Assembly (NCBI GenBank): GCA_963693365.1 | Contig: CAVNZM010000015.1 | Span: 1,612,001 to 1,676,000, forward strand | Reading direction: 5' to 3' | DNA: 64,000 bases | Source of the DNA: Amoebidium appalachense | Taxonomy: Eukaryota; Protista; Ichthyosporea | In this document: positions 1-15,909 of the stretch, one piece after another | Position numbering within the stretch: the first letter of the stretch is position 1 | Layout: every line of letters begins with the position of its first letter | Notes under the pieces: model-generated | Told to the model about the DNA's origin: nothing | The model's database searches: none | What the model saw: the letters and a program-made list of their open reading frames with translations, nothing else | Position numbers and translations under genes: made by a program

Positions 1-30
1 GGGGGGGGGGGCATAGTGCTTAAGGCAGAA

Positions 31-120
31 ACTTTAAAGTGTGTGTAGACTTTAAAGTATGCGTAGACTTTAAAGTATGCGTAGACTTTAAAGTATGCGT
101 AGACTCTAAAGTATGCGTAG
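31..120. repeat. 18-bp tandem repeat (actttaaagtatgcgtag) x5, intronic
   Basis: Units start at 31, 49, 67, 85 and 103. Four contain the palindrome actttaaagt; the fifth has one mismatch. Confidence 0.95.
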
Positions 121-416
121 GTAGAAAGGGTCAGGAATAGGTATGGAACGAACCTTGGTTCCCCCCTTCCCCCCCTCCCCCTTCCCCCCCCTCCCCCCCC
201 CCCCCTTCCCCCTCTTCCCCCCCCCCTCCCCTCCCCCCCAACCCCCTTATACACATACGTACACGCACACATTCAACATCTTCTGTTGCTATTTTTAACC
301 TGAATGGTTCTCAACACCAGGTACATTCCCCCCTAAGGCAAAGTGCAAACCACAAATACAGCTCATATCTTCGTTATGATTCGTTGTTCTTGTTTGTTTC
401 CATAGCAACCACATAC

Positions 417-2900
<2,484 letters not shown>

Positions 2901-3983
2901 GCTGCCGTTGTTTTTTCTTGTGTTGTTTGTTCTGGAGGGGCTGTTTGCAAGGTTCCGGACCACCTCTAACCTCTCGTTTTGGGAGAGAACGCCTTCACGG
3001 AAATAGATATTCATGTAGCTAGACTTTACATGCTCAAAGGGCTGCGCTAATAAATGTATTTGCACAAAGCGACACTTGCGGGATATGGCCGTTTGTTTTC
3101 AGAGCTCGCGACCTCGAATGTGACCGCAATAATTACGGATAAAACTAATGAAAACACAGCTCGTTTAGTGTTTTTCGTGCACACAATGTATGCACGCTCA
3201 CAGCTCGACAACAACGCACGTGTGGGAGAAAGGCGAAGTGTTGCTTGGGGTAGTGGTGGTTGCGGCCAAAGGTTTGTTTGTGCGCGGATCGATCCAGATA
3301 TAAGATTAGATCCGCAATCGTACTGAAGTTTCATGCAGTGCAATCTGAACTACAACCACCAACTCAACAGTAGCATAATTTTTCCTTTCCTCCTGTTAAT
3401 GCTTATTTTTACGGTCGTAAACTGCAATAGTGGGTTTATAATAGAGCTGATAAATGCTACAGCGCTCCAGAGCTTGGAGTTGAAAGCTGGTCTTGTCTGT
3501 TCATCTTATGTTGGGATCATTCTTGAAGTTGCTGCTGCGAAGCCTTGCTGTAATTTGATTGGTGTTCTTAGATCGCGAGATGATTGGCTTCTGCCAGAGA
3601 CGTGGTTGCCGGAAAATGCATAATGTTCTTCATTGCAAACGTCTAAAATACAACGATATATTTACAAACTTAATATATTTAGTGATTTAAAGCTCTTTCT
3701 TTATAGGTTTTTGGTTTATTTACAGAGTTGTAGTCGCGAGAAAATGCTTGGTTTTGTCGACGCTCCCGTCAGGAATGCAAGGATCGAAATAAATGGTACG
3801 AGAAATGGATTCCGGCACTCCTATTGGTCTGACCCGCACCCGAGACGCCAAAAATGACAGCCAATAGGAAAATTGTCTTGAAGATGGTGCATGAGCCTCA
3901 TAACGCACGTTTCCGGCCCTTGATCACCCATCCCTAACACATAAAAGCGATCCCATCGTTCAAGTTCGCGAGATATAATTCTG

Positions 3984-4079
3984 CGGCGTGTTTGGCACGA
4001 CACAAATTCGTATTCGTGGTATTGCGCCAAAAGACGAATACGATGAAAAGACGATATATCGGCGCTGCCAAACACGCCC
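3984..4079. mobile_element. Short MITE-like element, Tourist/PIF-Harbinger-like termini
   Basis: 13-bp terminal inverted repeat ggcgtgtttggca ... tgccaaacacgcc, internal inverted pair tcgtattcgt/acgaatacga, and TAA after the right end. The left target-site duplication is not clean. Confidence 0.5.
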
Positions 4080-4654
4080 TAAATGTTACATATTGTTCAT
4101 GCGTGTCATTTTGTTGTTGGTGGTGATGGTAGTGCGCGTGGTGTGTGTGTGCGTGCATGGCTGTGAGTACAAATGGTGGGGGGAGAGAGGGGCCGGGGGG
4201 TGGGAGTATGTATGCAAGCAAAGGATCAAGACCTACGTACTGTCTGCATGCATGACATTATTACCAGTAGCATACCGGCAGTGTCACCGGGTGTATGTAC
4301 TTTGTGGCTGGGGCTGTTTATTTCTGTATCTGTGTTGATGAATGTTCCTGGCCCATCAGGTTATCGACAGGATGTGGTTCTATGAATAAAGACGAAACAT
4401 AGATACCTACACAGGTTGGCTGGCCCAGGGAGTCACTCATTCGTAAGTATTTTTCACACTCTTTTAACCGGGTAAGTTACTAGGATGCCCGGGGCCAGAG
4501 AGAGAGAGATAGTGAGATACCTCGTCTCGGAGTATTAGTTAGCCACTTCATGACCAGGAGCAACTAACTCTTTGCACATTTTGTGGAATGTGGCTGGTGA
4601 TAATGGTTGGGGGGGGGGGGAGGGGGGCGGGGCCGGGGCAGTCATGCCGGTGGT

Positions 4655-4721
4655 TTATGTACTGTATAACATATACATCATGCTATTATGTACTGTATAA
4701 CATATACATCATGCTATTATG
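4655..4721. repeat. 31-bp direct tandem duplication
   Basis: ttatgtactgtataacatatacatcatgcta x2 plus a partial third copy. Confidence 0.9.
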
Positions 4722-4907
4722 AATAATAAACCGCTCGTGCATGCATCCAAGCTGTTCCTCCTGTACGTATCACACTTCAAGAAAAACCTCTCCAGCCACA
4801 TTCATGTTCCTCCTCCCAAGTAAATTTGGAAATCTGCAAATCCATTTGTGTAGGCGGATGCTCGTGGCGTGCGTGCATCATTCGGCACCAACATGCCCGT
4901 GCTTCCT

Positions 4908-4938
<31 letters not shown>

Positions 4939-6157
4939 CCGGCGCCCTCCACCGATGTTTCCCATTCACACATCCCCTTCCCCCCCCTCCCCTCCCCCCC
5001 CCCCCCCCCCCCCCCCCACCACCACCACCACCACACACACACACACACACCTTATACATTCCTTCATCTTTTCTCTCCACGTTTTTCACTCCTTTTTTTT
5101 GTGTGTGTGTTTTACTCGTGGTCAAGTACATAGGGTTGGATTAAGTTGGTGGCGTTGGTGGTGGTGGTTGGGGGGAGGGGAGGGGGGGGAGGGGAGGAAG
5201 GGAGGTTCTTTGCGGAACGGTTCATATGAGCCCATGTGGAGATTCTTATTCTTTTGATTTGAAGTTACCAAACTTTCAGGTCATCAATGTTGGATGTTGT
5301 GTTGACAAAACACATCAGGTGCAGTAATCACATTCGCGTGCCTTTCACTTCATCAACTATCATACCATTCCTACACATACTGTACAATGAACTGGCCAAA
5401 TCAAGGAGATACTCTTCAAAAAAAAAAAAAAAAGAAAAGAAAAGAAAGAAAGAAAAAGAAAACTGAAACCGAGTGGGAAACTTTACCGGAGAAACAGAGC
5501 TTTAGATGTGCGCAAATGTGCGAATCTCTAATTAAGAAATGAATCAGAGTATCAAGTTGAATAATTATTAGACACATTCTATAGTATTATTGAAATGATA
5601 TGTGTATTCAATCGGAGTCATTTTTACACACTCAGAAACATATGCCATGATGCCGTGTTCATAATTAATATTAGAGGAAACTCCATAGTCTCTACATTCA
5701 ACCTAATCAGTAACCATTCATACGAAGATGAAATCTAGTTACCCCCCCCCCCCCCCCTCCCCCTATCCATTACCCACCCACCCACATACACATTAAAACA
5801 GTAAAAAAGGCTTGGCATGTTTTTTTAGAAAATGACCTATATTTTCACAAATGTCTTTATTGATACCACATTGTGTGGATGACAGTGAACGTTTTCGATG
5901 TGCTCCCACACTCACTATTGCTTTGCCAAGCTGTTAGATCTAATATGTGACGGCAGAGCTTTTGAATGCAGGCGTTACATACCAGAAGATTAGTAAAAGA
6001 AGCAAGTCTGCTCCAAACTCTACGTTCAAAACAAATCCACTACCCCCCCCCCCCCCCCCCTCCCCCCCCCCCCCCCCCACCTGCCTCCCCCGCCACCCAC
6101 CCCCCACACCACCACCACCAAACGGCAAAAGAAGAAAGAGGGGTTCTTTCCGCATCC

Positions 6158-6584
6158 TCACAATTTTGCAGAGACCCCCGCCCCCGCCCCCGCCGCCGCA
6201 CCTGCGTTTTTCTTTGCAAGATTGTCGTAAAATTTCAGCGCGACGGGGTCCGCGCGTATATTCTCAGAGGAAAACGCGGTTACTTGTATGCGGTCTAGAG
6301 TGCGACCGCGAGATAGGGCGACGTATACCTGGCCGTACTCAAAGACTCTGCTGATGTCCATCTTGGCACAGTCCAGAGTCATGCCCTGTGATTTGTGGAT
6401 GCTGCACCAATGGGAAGGGAGAGGTAAAATTAATAAAAGGCTTATTTTAGTTTTAGCATGAAGGTGACAGCAACAGGTGTGTTGAGTGTAGTGGTGGTGG
6501 TGGTTGTGTGTGTGGGTGTGTGGGTGTCTATGTGCAGACTGCATAAGAAGACGGGAGCGTGGGAGCAGGGTGTGTGTGTGTGTG

Positions 6585-6618
<34 letters not shown>

Positions 6619-7372
6619 TGTTTCTTTTCTTTCTTTTCTTCTTTTTTTTTTTTTGGAAGGGGGGGGGGGGGGGGGGGAAGGGAGGAGGGATGCACGGCTG
6701 TGTATGTGTGTGTGCACTCCATAAGAAGTCGGGAGCGCGCGAGCAGAAACGGTGAAGAACACTCCCGAACCATCTAGAAATAAACAACCGAACCCCCCCC
6801 CCCCCCCCCCCCAAAAAAGAAAAAAAAACACGCAAAAAACGCACAGTACCTGATAGCCCATGCGAGGGTGAGAGGGATCTGTGTCCTCCTCCCAAGCTCC
6901 TTTCCAAACATGTTTACCGCCCAGCTCTCAGGGTAGATGGTACGTTCGGCACCGGAGAGAAAACGAACAACGGGGAGACGCCTGTCTTCTGCGTCTCTTT
7001 CAACTGAGTAGGCGATTACTACACCTCTGCCTCCGTTGACTAGCCCGTTCTGTATGTGTGTACGCGCGCGCGTGTGTGTGTGTGCCCGTGTGCGCATGTG
7101 TAGATGTGTGTGTAGATGTGTATGTGTGCGTGTAGATGTGTGTATGTGTGTGCGTGCACAGGTGTGTGTGTGTGTGTGTGTGTGCATGTGCATGGAGTGT
7201 GTGAGACAGAGAGGGAGGCCCTGTGTGTGTGTGTTTGTGGGTTTGGCAGTTGTGTTAGTACCATCTTTTCATCTCGCATCATTGCGACCTCTCCTGTAGT
7301 TGCCAATCGTGCAACATCGAATCGAAAGATAGAGGAAGGACTGGAATGGGAGGACGGGAGGTGTGTGCGTAT

Positions 7373-7429
<57 letters not shown>

Positions 7430-8618
7430 CTGGGTTGAATGCGCCATAAAGTGGGTGGGTGTGGGAGGTGGGGGTGGGGGAAGGGGCATCTTACCTGCAC
7501 ATCCACGTTTTTCACGACCATGACCTGTGCGCCTATTTTGATTTGAAGTCTTTTTGGGGCGGGGCAGATCCGATCTAGCTGATCGCGCACCCAATCTGCA
7601 ATCGATTACACAAGATGAGATTGGATCATGGCGGTCGATGCTACATCATTTGAGGAAAATGGGGCAAAGTGGGAGAGACAGAAAAAATGTGTGTGCGTGC
7701 ATATGTGCTCCCAGATGCTTTTGACTACACGCGCAAGTGCTAGGTGTGTACGTAAAGGGGGCGACTTTATTATAGGTCTAAGACGGGGATAAGGAACGCC
7801 GCGGGGGGGGGGGGGGGGGGGGGGGGGGAGGGAAGAGGTACTACCGGAGCAGCCGGTCGGTTTACAATAAACACGCGAGCACACATACACACACACAGCA
7901 CACAGCAACTAAAATTTACATGGCTACATTGTCAGCTCGTTCTCTCTCTCTCTCTATCTCTCTGCGTTTTCTGTATGTGTAAAGCTCGTATGTTTTGGAG
8001 GGATGCGAGCAGTGGAGCATGAAGGCTAGGATGTTGTAGGCAGGCAGAGACAGAGATTTCGGAACCCCCTCCCCCCCCCACTCAACCCTCCCGCCCCTTC
8101 CCCTCCCCTTTCTCTCTCTCTCTGTGTGTTTGTGCACGTGTGTGCCTGTTTTATTAGAGGATTTGGCCGGAGTAGAAAGCGTATGTCGGCTGTTTTCACT
8201 CTTACTGCCAGGGTATCAAAATGACATAAGATGACATAAAATACGACATGAGAGGATATGGAATCATAACACATCACAACATAGAAAGAGAACATAGCAA
8301 TACGAGATATACCACAGATGCGACACAGAAAACACTACATATGACGACATAAAATACGACATACCGTCGGAGCCCTGAGCTATGTGGTCCCTGCACATGT
8401 AGATGGCCGGGTTGTCTGGGAGCAGAGCAAGCTGCCTCTCATTGGCTGCCTCAACACCACCCACGTGCGTGCACAGCTCCGTGGGAAGAATGCCTGTGTG
8501 ACACAGTGTGTGTGTGTACGTGTGTACGTGTGTACGTGTATGTGCGTGCGTGTGTGTCTATGTGTGCTGTGCATGTGGTTGTGTCTGGCTCTATGGTTGC
8601 ACTTGCGGGGGGCGATTG

Positions 8619-8683
<65 letters not shown>

Positions 8684-8983
8684 TGTGTGTGTGTATGTGC
8701 ATACGCCCGTTTGCAGGCATGCACAAGATGACACACAGCCACAACCAGACACGTGCAAACATGCACATATGAACCACACACTAAATGCGTTCACACACAC
8801 ACCTCCAGATACACACGTGTACACACATCAACCGTGATTCTTACATGCACAGTTGGATTGGAGTAATAACTTACACTGACACAAACAAACAAACAAAAAG
8901 TAGGAAAAGATTAGGAAGGAAGAAAGAAAAGAGGAGAAGGAGGGAGGGAAGAGGGAGGGAGGGGGGGGGGGGGAGGGGGGGGG

Positions 8984-9063
<80 letters not shown>

Positions 9064-9088
9064 ACGAGAGGGGGGGGGGGGGGGGGGG

Positions 9089-9175
<87 letters not shown>

Positions 9176-9467
9176 AAGTGAAGAAGAGACATACAAAAAC
9201 ACAACCGCCACAGAAAAATCGAGGGTCGGATCATTACTGTTAGTCAGCTTTCAGCCTCAAAATGTGGGGGGACAGGGGGAACGGGGGGGAACGGTGGGGG
9301 AACGGTGGGGGTGGGGGGGGGTTGGGGGTTGGAAGGGAGGGTTGATTAAATATATATAATTATTAATCTGTTTATTTTTCGTTTCCGATGTATACTATCA
9401 GGGACTTAAGAGAGAACGATGCACCGGGTAAACGGTGGTGGTGGCTTTGTCAGTGTGTTTGTAAGTT

Positions 9468-9499
<32 letters not shown>

Positions 9500-9737
9500 G
9501 GGGGGGGGGGGGGGGGGGGGGGGGAAGGAAGGAGAGAAGGCAACAGGTTGGCATGGGCGGGGCAAAACTTCAGAATGTATACTGGGGGGGGGGGGGGGGG
9601 GGGGTATATGAGGCTACCCCCCCCCCCCCCCAAAAAAAAATAAATAAAAAAATCGCATACACCAACACCGTGGTAGTTGTAAACAACTACCATCACACTG
9701 CCCGTCCGTTCGGTGAACAGGAAACAAGGGATACGAT

Positions 9738-9780
<43 letters not shown>

Positions 9781-9951
9781 CACTGAGAGAATGCTTCGGG
9801 TGAATTGAAAAGGGAAGTGGGTGAAAGAAGGAAGAATATCATACCGTCAATATTTACGTTGTTTCGTTTTGTGGCTCGAAGACCTTCAAGTACTGCGGGA
9901 GGGCACTCTCCCCTTCGGATGTGCCGGAGAAGACGGATGAACTCAGGGTCG

Positions 9952-10003
<52 letters not shown>

Positions 10004-10252
10004 AAAGTAGTGACTGAGTGAGTAGGTGCACACACACACACACACACACTGACCAACCCCTCCCATCCATCCCCCCCCCCCCCCCCCCCTCCCCCCCGCG
10101 CCCCAACCACTCAACACAGACCCACCCACCCACCCACCCACCCGCACGCACACCCACCAGCCACCCACGCTCGACCACCCATGCGCCAACCTTACCCCCC
10201 CCCCCCCCCCCCCCCCCCCCACACACACACCCCAAACCTGCAAACCAACCCA

Positions 10253-10283
<31 letters not shown>

Positions 10284-10394
10284 CTGGCGGTATATCCTGT
10301 GCAGCTCGATGACCACCGGCACACACTTTGCCCACGTGGCGGCCTGGAAGCTGTACTGCTTGGCTGCCTCCCCCTTCTTGCTCACTGGTGGCAG

Positions 10395-10449
<55 letters not shown>

Positions 10450-10985
10450 GGGAAGGAGGGGGGGGGGGGGGGGAAGGGAGGAAGGGAATGAGAGATGAAA
10501 GGAGTCAGTAATGAGTGGGTAAAAAAAGGCTTGTTTCCCCTAGGGCAGCTTGCATTTATATTTCAATTCAGCCGGGACCTTTACGGAATACCGGTAGGAC
10601 ATCAAAAAAAAATACATAAATGACCCATGACTTTAAAAGCTCATCAAATATTAAGAACACAAAAAACAAAGGGTTAAAATCATGGCAGTTACGAATATCC
10701 CTCCTCAGGAACTCTCGGCGTATGTTCGGGGAACATCCATATGGCTATGCAAACACTTTTTTAACATGAAAAAGCATTTAGAGAAAAACTCTGAACACAG
10801 AGAAACCGTAAATAGAATCAAATAAACCATGTATACCTGCAGGAAGTCTCCACATATGACCAGCTGTATGCCCCCAAAGGGCCTCTGGCTGCCCCTCACT
10901 GCTCTGGCCACAAACTCGAGCTTGTCAAAGTATGCGGCATCCATCATGGAGATCTCGTCCACAATCAGCACCTGCACGTACGTGT

Positions 10986-11022
<37 letters not shown>

Positions 11023-12019
11023 TGTGTAGGTTTTTGTGTAAGTGTGACTGTGGCTGTGGCTGTGAGTGTGACTGTGTGTGTGTGTGTGTGTGTGTGTTTG
11101 TGATGAGTAATTGAGCAATATTCAAAAATCCTGCATGATCCGGAGATGTATACATGTGTGTGAGCGGACAGGGGTGGGGAGGGAGGGGAAGGGGGGGGGA
11201 AGGGGAGGGGAGGGTAACACAGGTGCGAAGTGGGCATGTTTCACTCTGCTCCCCCCCCCCCCCCCCCCCCCGCCGCCCTCCCCCCCCCCCCCCTCCCCCC
11301 CCCCCCCCCCCCCCCCCCCGCCCTCCCCCATTTTCCCAAACATCCCCTTTCCTCCATACTGTTTCCATTATCAGTTCTCAGGAATCAAGTGATACACTGT
11401 TTCCCTTTACCACCCATATACTCCATCCCCCCCCCCCCCCCCCCATCCTCCCTCTCCCCCCCCCTCCCCCCCCCCCCCCCCCCACGTGTTTGCTCAAACA
11501 CACAAACACTTTTCAATAGAAACCACAGGGGAAGGCAAATAGAAATGGAGTAAATTCACGAGTCAAGCAGAGTTGACCGGCTGGAAACCTGAAAGGTACC
11601 GGTGTCCGCGAGTGTCTGGTGGTTGTGGTGGTGGTGTTTTTTTTTTTTTTTTTTTTTTTTTGGTTTGGGGGGGGGGGGGGGGGGGGGGGGGGGATTAGGG
11701 GGATTAGGGGGATTATGCCAGGGGAGGCCAGGAACCCAAGAAGATTTAACGGGTGTGATGGTAACGAGACAAGTAAAGGGCAGTGGTTTTGCTATGTATA
11801 TTTCAGTTTTGGATCCTTCTTCTTCTTCTTTTTTTATTGGTATTATTGTCATTTGATTTCTGGGTAGGGATTGGGGGTTATTGAGGCTGGGGGGGAGGGG
11901 GGGGGGGGGGGGGGGGGGGGGGGATACGTCTTACACAGTACCCAAAACACAGATCAGAACAGAAAAAGTTTATAAAGGCGTGAATGCAACAAACGAGCAC
12001 GAGAACATGTATGACACCG

Positions 12020-12050
<31 letters not shown>

Positions 12051-12658
12051 CTGTCTGCGGGGTGTGTTTTGGGAGTGGGGAGGGGGGAGGGGGGAGGGGG
12101 AGGGGAGGGAGGAAGGGGGGGGGGGGGGGGGGGGAGGAGAGAGAGAGAGAGAGAGAGAGAGAAGCAAGGGAGGCCATGACTGGGAAAACTCACCTGGCAT
12201 CTTCTCCACAAATCCGCTTTCTTCTTAGCTGCGATCAGAGCCTGCTCATTGGTCGCCTCCCCAGATATAATCCCGGAAAACGCATGCACGGTCATTCCCC
12301 CAATATTATACGCAGCAACACCGGTGGTGGCCGTGGCAAATGTCGTTTCTTTCGGAAGTGCCGAAAGAATACGTTTTAGTAAAAACGATTTTCCTGTTCC
12401 TGCTCCACCGGTGAAAAACACGGATTTTCGGGTTATCACGGCGTCAAAAACGGCTTTCTGCTCATCTGATAGGTCGGAAGTCATGACTTTGGTCTTGGTG
12501 GGCGAGATAACGGGAGGACATAATAGGGAGTCCTTTCGCGCAAATTTGATTTTCGGCGGGGATCTGTTGTTGGATTTTTCGCCGAGAGGGGTGGGTCCTT
12601 TGGATGGCGGCCGTTTTCCTTCTTTTAGTGCGAGCATGTCTTCGAGAAACGTCTGTGG

Positions 12659-12731
<73 letters not shown>

Positions 12732-13077
12732 GCGCGCACGCGTGCATGCGTGGATGTATGCAGAATCAGCAACAGCAGTAACAACAACAACAACTAAAAA
12801 GAGAATAATGTTTAAGACAGCAACAAAAAAGAACAAAAAATGAGAGAGATGCGTGCCGATAAAACCAAGACAATGATTTCAGCGCCTCATTACTGAAACC
12901 GAATGCTTCAAAATAGTTGAACACTAACACAACTTTTCTAATAATACAATGTACACCACATATTATCCGGCCACTTCTGTTCTTCAACCCTCCAATCGCT
13001 GATTCAATTATTTTCCTTCTTTCTTTTCCTTTTTTTCCCTTTTTTTTTTTTTTTTTTGTGTGTGTGTGTATGTGTAT

Positions 13078-13110
<33 letters not shown>

Positions 13111-13286
13111 GAGGGCAGGAGCACACACCTTCATGTCATCTGAGTCTGCCTGGGAAAACAACAACTGCATTCCAGCTTTGGGAAAAACAATGCTCGTTTT
13201 ACCCTCCTCTATGAACCGCTTATGGATGGTCATGGGTCCCTCCAGGACAACCGTTACCTCCTGTGTAGGTGTGATGGGATTAGCAA

Positions 13287-13330
<44 letters not shown>

Positions 13331-13580
13331 TGTCTATGCGCACATGTACGTGCACGTGTAAAGAGAGAAGGAAGGGGTGAGGGCGGAGCAAATGACAATT
13401 GCCTTGCCTTGTGTGTCCCTCAAACCTCCCTTGCTCCAACTTTCCAGAAACCCATATGCCCCCCCGTCCCCCCCCCCCCCCCCCCCCCCAAAAAAAAAGA
13501 CTCACATATATATCCATTTTCTCCTCTTTTCATATTCTTTTTGAGTGAAATAGGCCAGATTCGGCCTCTTGACCCATTAG

Positions 13581-13611
<31 letters not shown>

Positions 13612-13724
13612 CCCTTCTTTCGGCGCTGATCCCTAACCAATAACTGCACCCACAATGTCTTCCTTGTTTGTTGAAATTCAGACCTCAGCATCACTCCCGC
13701 CCTCCCCTGCCCACCTCCTCTTGT

Positions 13725-13762
<38 letters not shown>

Positions 13763-13864
13763 ACCCTCACACCCACCCCCACCCACACCCACACACCCAC
13801 AAAAAAAAAAAACTACCCCACAACCACCGCCACAGTTCTTTTTTTTTTTTTTGTGTGTGTGTGT

Positions 13865-13897
<33 letters not shown>

Positions 13898-14294
13898 TCA
13901 TTAACATAAATGTAAACAAAACCAACCAAAAAAACAGAGAGACAATGTAGGCTTTGTTTCTGCTCCATCAAAGTTCATTCCAGTACGCTCGTTGCTTTTG
14001 TAAGGGTACGGCGGAATTCTGACCTCTCGATACAGGGACACACATACCAGTGCCTACATAGTGTTACACACACGTTCTTGTGACAGACATGCAAGTACAC
14101 ACATACAAACACACACACATACACACACACAAACACAAACACAAGCACACACAAAAACATACAAAAATACGCACTCACATGATTAAAACACGCACGCACG
14201 CACGTACGCACACACACACGAAAGAACACATGCACACGCACACGCACCACACACGCACACGCACACGCACGCGCGCGCGCGGGAACGCACACAA

Positions 14295-14384
<90 letters not shown>

Positions 14385-14856
14385 GAGCAAAAAACGGTTT
14401 TCAACAAACAAAAGAGACTTACACAAAGGGAGTACATTTACATGTGCGAATGAAGCGGACTGACATGTAAGCACCCTGTAAACTCGCAGACACGACACGC
14501 ACTTCTATGTAGAAAAGTTCATAGAGCCATTTAATAGCCTACTGCTATACCCGATAATGAAAAATCAAATGTTCTATGGTATTCCTGCCAAGACCTAACT
14601 TTAACAGCTAAAAGATAGGGAAGTCTCCACATACTCCATTGCATTGCATTCAAGAAACGTGGGAAATTACCAGACGATCTCATACCAAGCTTACCTTTCC
14701 TTTCATCGCCTTGACCGAGGTGCAGATTACAAGCTGATTTCGTGCATCATATCTTAAAGTTGCTGTGGCATCCTTTGATGCTTTTCGACAGTTGACATGG
14801 CCAGCCGGACTCAGCCATTCCACGGCTAGAGTGCATCGAAGCTGAAAATCACTCAT
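6158..14856 (-). CDS. PIF1: ATP-dependent 5'-3' DNA helicase PIF1 (about 593 aa, 10 exons)
   Basis: Exons 14695-14856, 13129-13260, 12194-12652, 10837-10971, 10284-10394, 9845-9953, 8365-8493, 7495-7595, 6850-7049 and 6158-6401 splice in frame. Motifs: N-terminal [14 protein letters not shown], Walker [90 protein letters not shown]. Confidence 0.97.
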
Positions 14857-15877
14857 GTTGATAATATATAACTAACAACACTACTATTTTTTTTATCCCT
14901 GTAAATATGTGTTACGATATAGATAAGTATATACTGCTCCATCACATACGGTCAACATTCACCATGATAGTCACACAGTGTCGACAAAGACACTGATGTA
15001 GCAAAACACGAACAGCATGTCCTTGCTATATTACTTAATAAACATGCTAGATAACACAAACTCCATTCGTTATTATTTCATTTACTCAGAGAATTTTGTA
15101 GTTAGATCTAGCTGCTGGTTGTCGCATGCATATGAGGTAGAATGATAATGAGAACAGCCATGGGATGGGTCATGCCGCCCAAGCACCTTCTGTGGCACAC
15201 GCGCCACGGACTACAAAAGCATGCATGCTTGGAACGTGTGATGTTGCACAGAATCTGCTGAACTTGATATTTCTGGCGCAGCCAACTCTGTGTCAGACAG
15301 GTTATGCTGATATTAGTTGCACAGCAACCACACACGGGTGAGTTTGCGTGAAAGAGCGCGCAGGAGCGCTGCGGGCCTGCAGCTGCGGCCACCGCAGTGG
15401 GATTTTGGATCAGGTTTGAAATTCCCGCCACTGGGCGAGCTTCCAAATCGGGAGATTCCTGCTTATCCATATTAGGCAAGCGTGCAATTTCATTTCACTG
15501 CCAGCTGGATAAAAGTCTTCTTTTACTTTTCTGGCCACCCCCGGCCCTCTGCCGCAGTAATGTAATGCCTATGCTTGGGACCGCTACGAATCCTTTTTCC
15601 TTTGCCCGGACAAGTACGTGAATACTTTGGTCCACACGGACGCCGCCACAACCACGGTAATGACTTTGGGCACCATGGCCAGCTCTGGCCAGCTCAAGAT
15701 AATTATAAAAGGTGTAGTATGTACATGTAGAACCTAGAAGTCGAAGTCTTCGTGAAAAAGAAGGCAGTGCCATAAAGCTAAGGTCTGGGGAGGGAGTGAG
15801 GGTTTGGGGAGGGATATAAGGAGGACAGACTCCTGGGAGAAAGGGGGGGGGGGGGGGTTGGAGGGGGGGCAGAGAGA

Positions 15878-15909
<32 letters not shown>

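Noticed and set aside
31-120. Telomeric or CRISPR repeat at the window start
   Set aside because: It is an 18-bp head-to-tail minisatellite within an intron and has no spacers.
12249-12797. 182-aa plus-strand ORF
   Set aside because: Antisense shadow of PIF1 exon 3.
6158-14856. Helitron-encoded PIF1-like helicase
   Set aside because: There is no Rep/HUH domain, and it has the cellular PIF1 N-terminal domain and nine spliceosomal introns.
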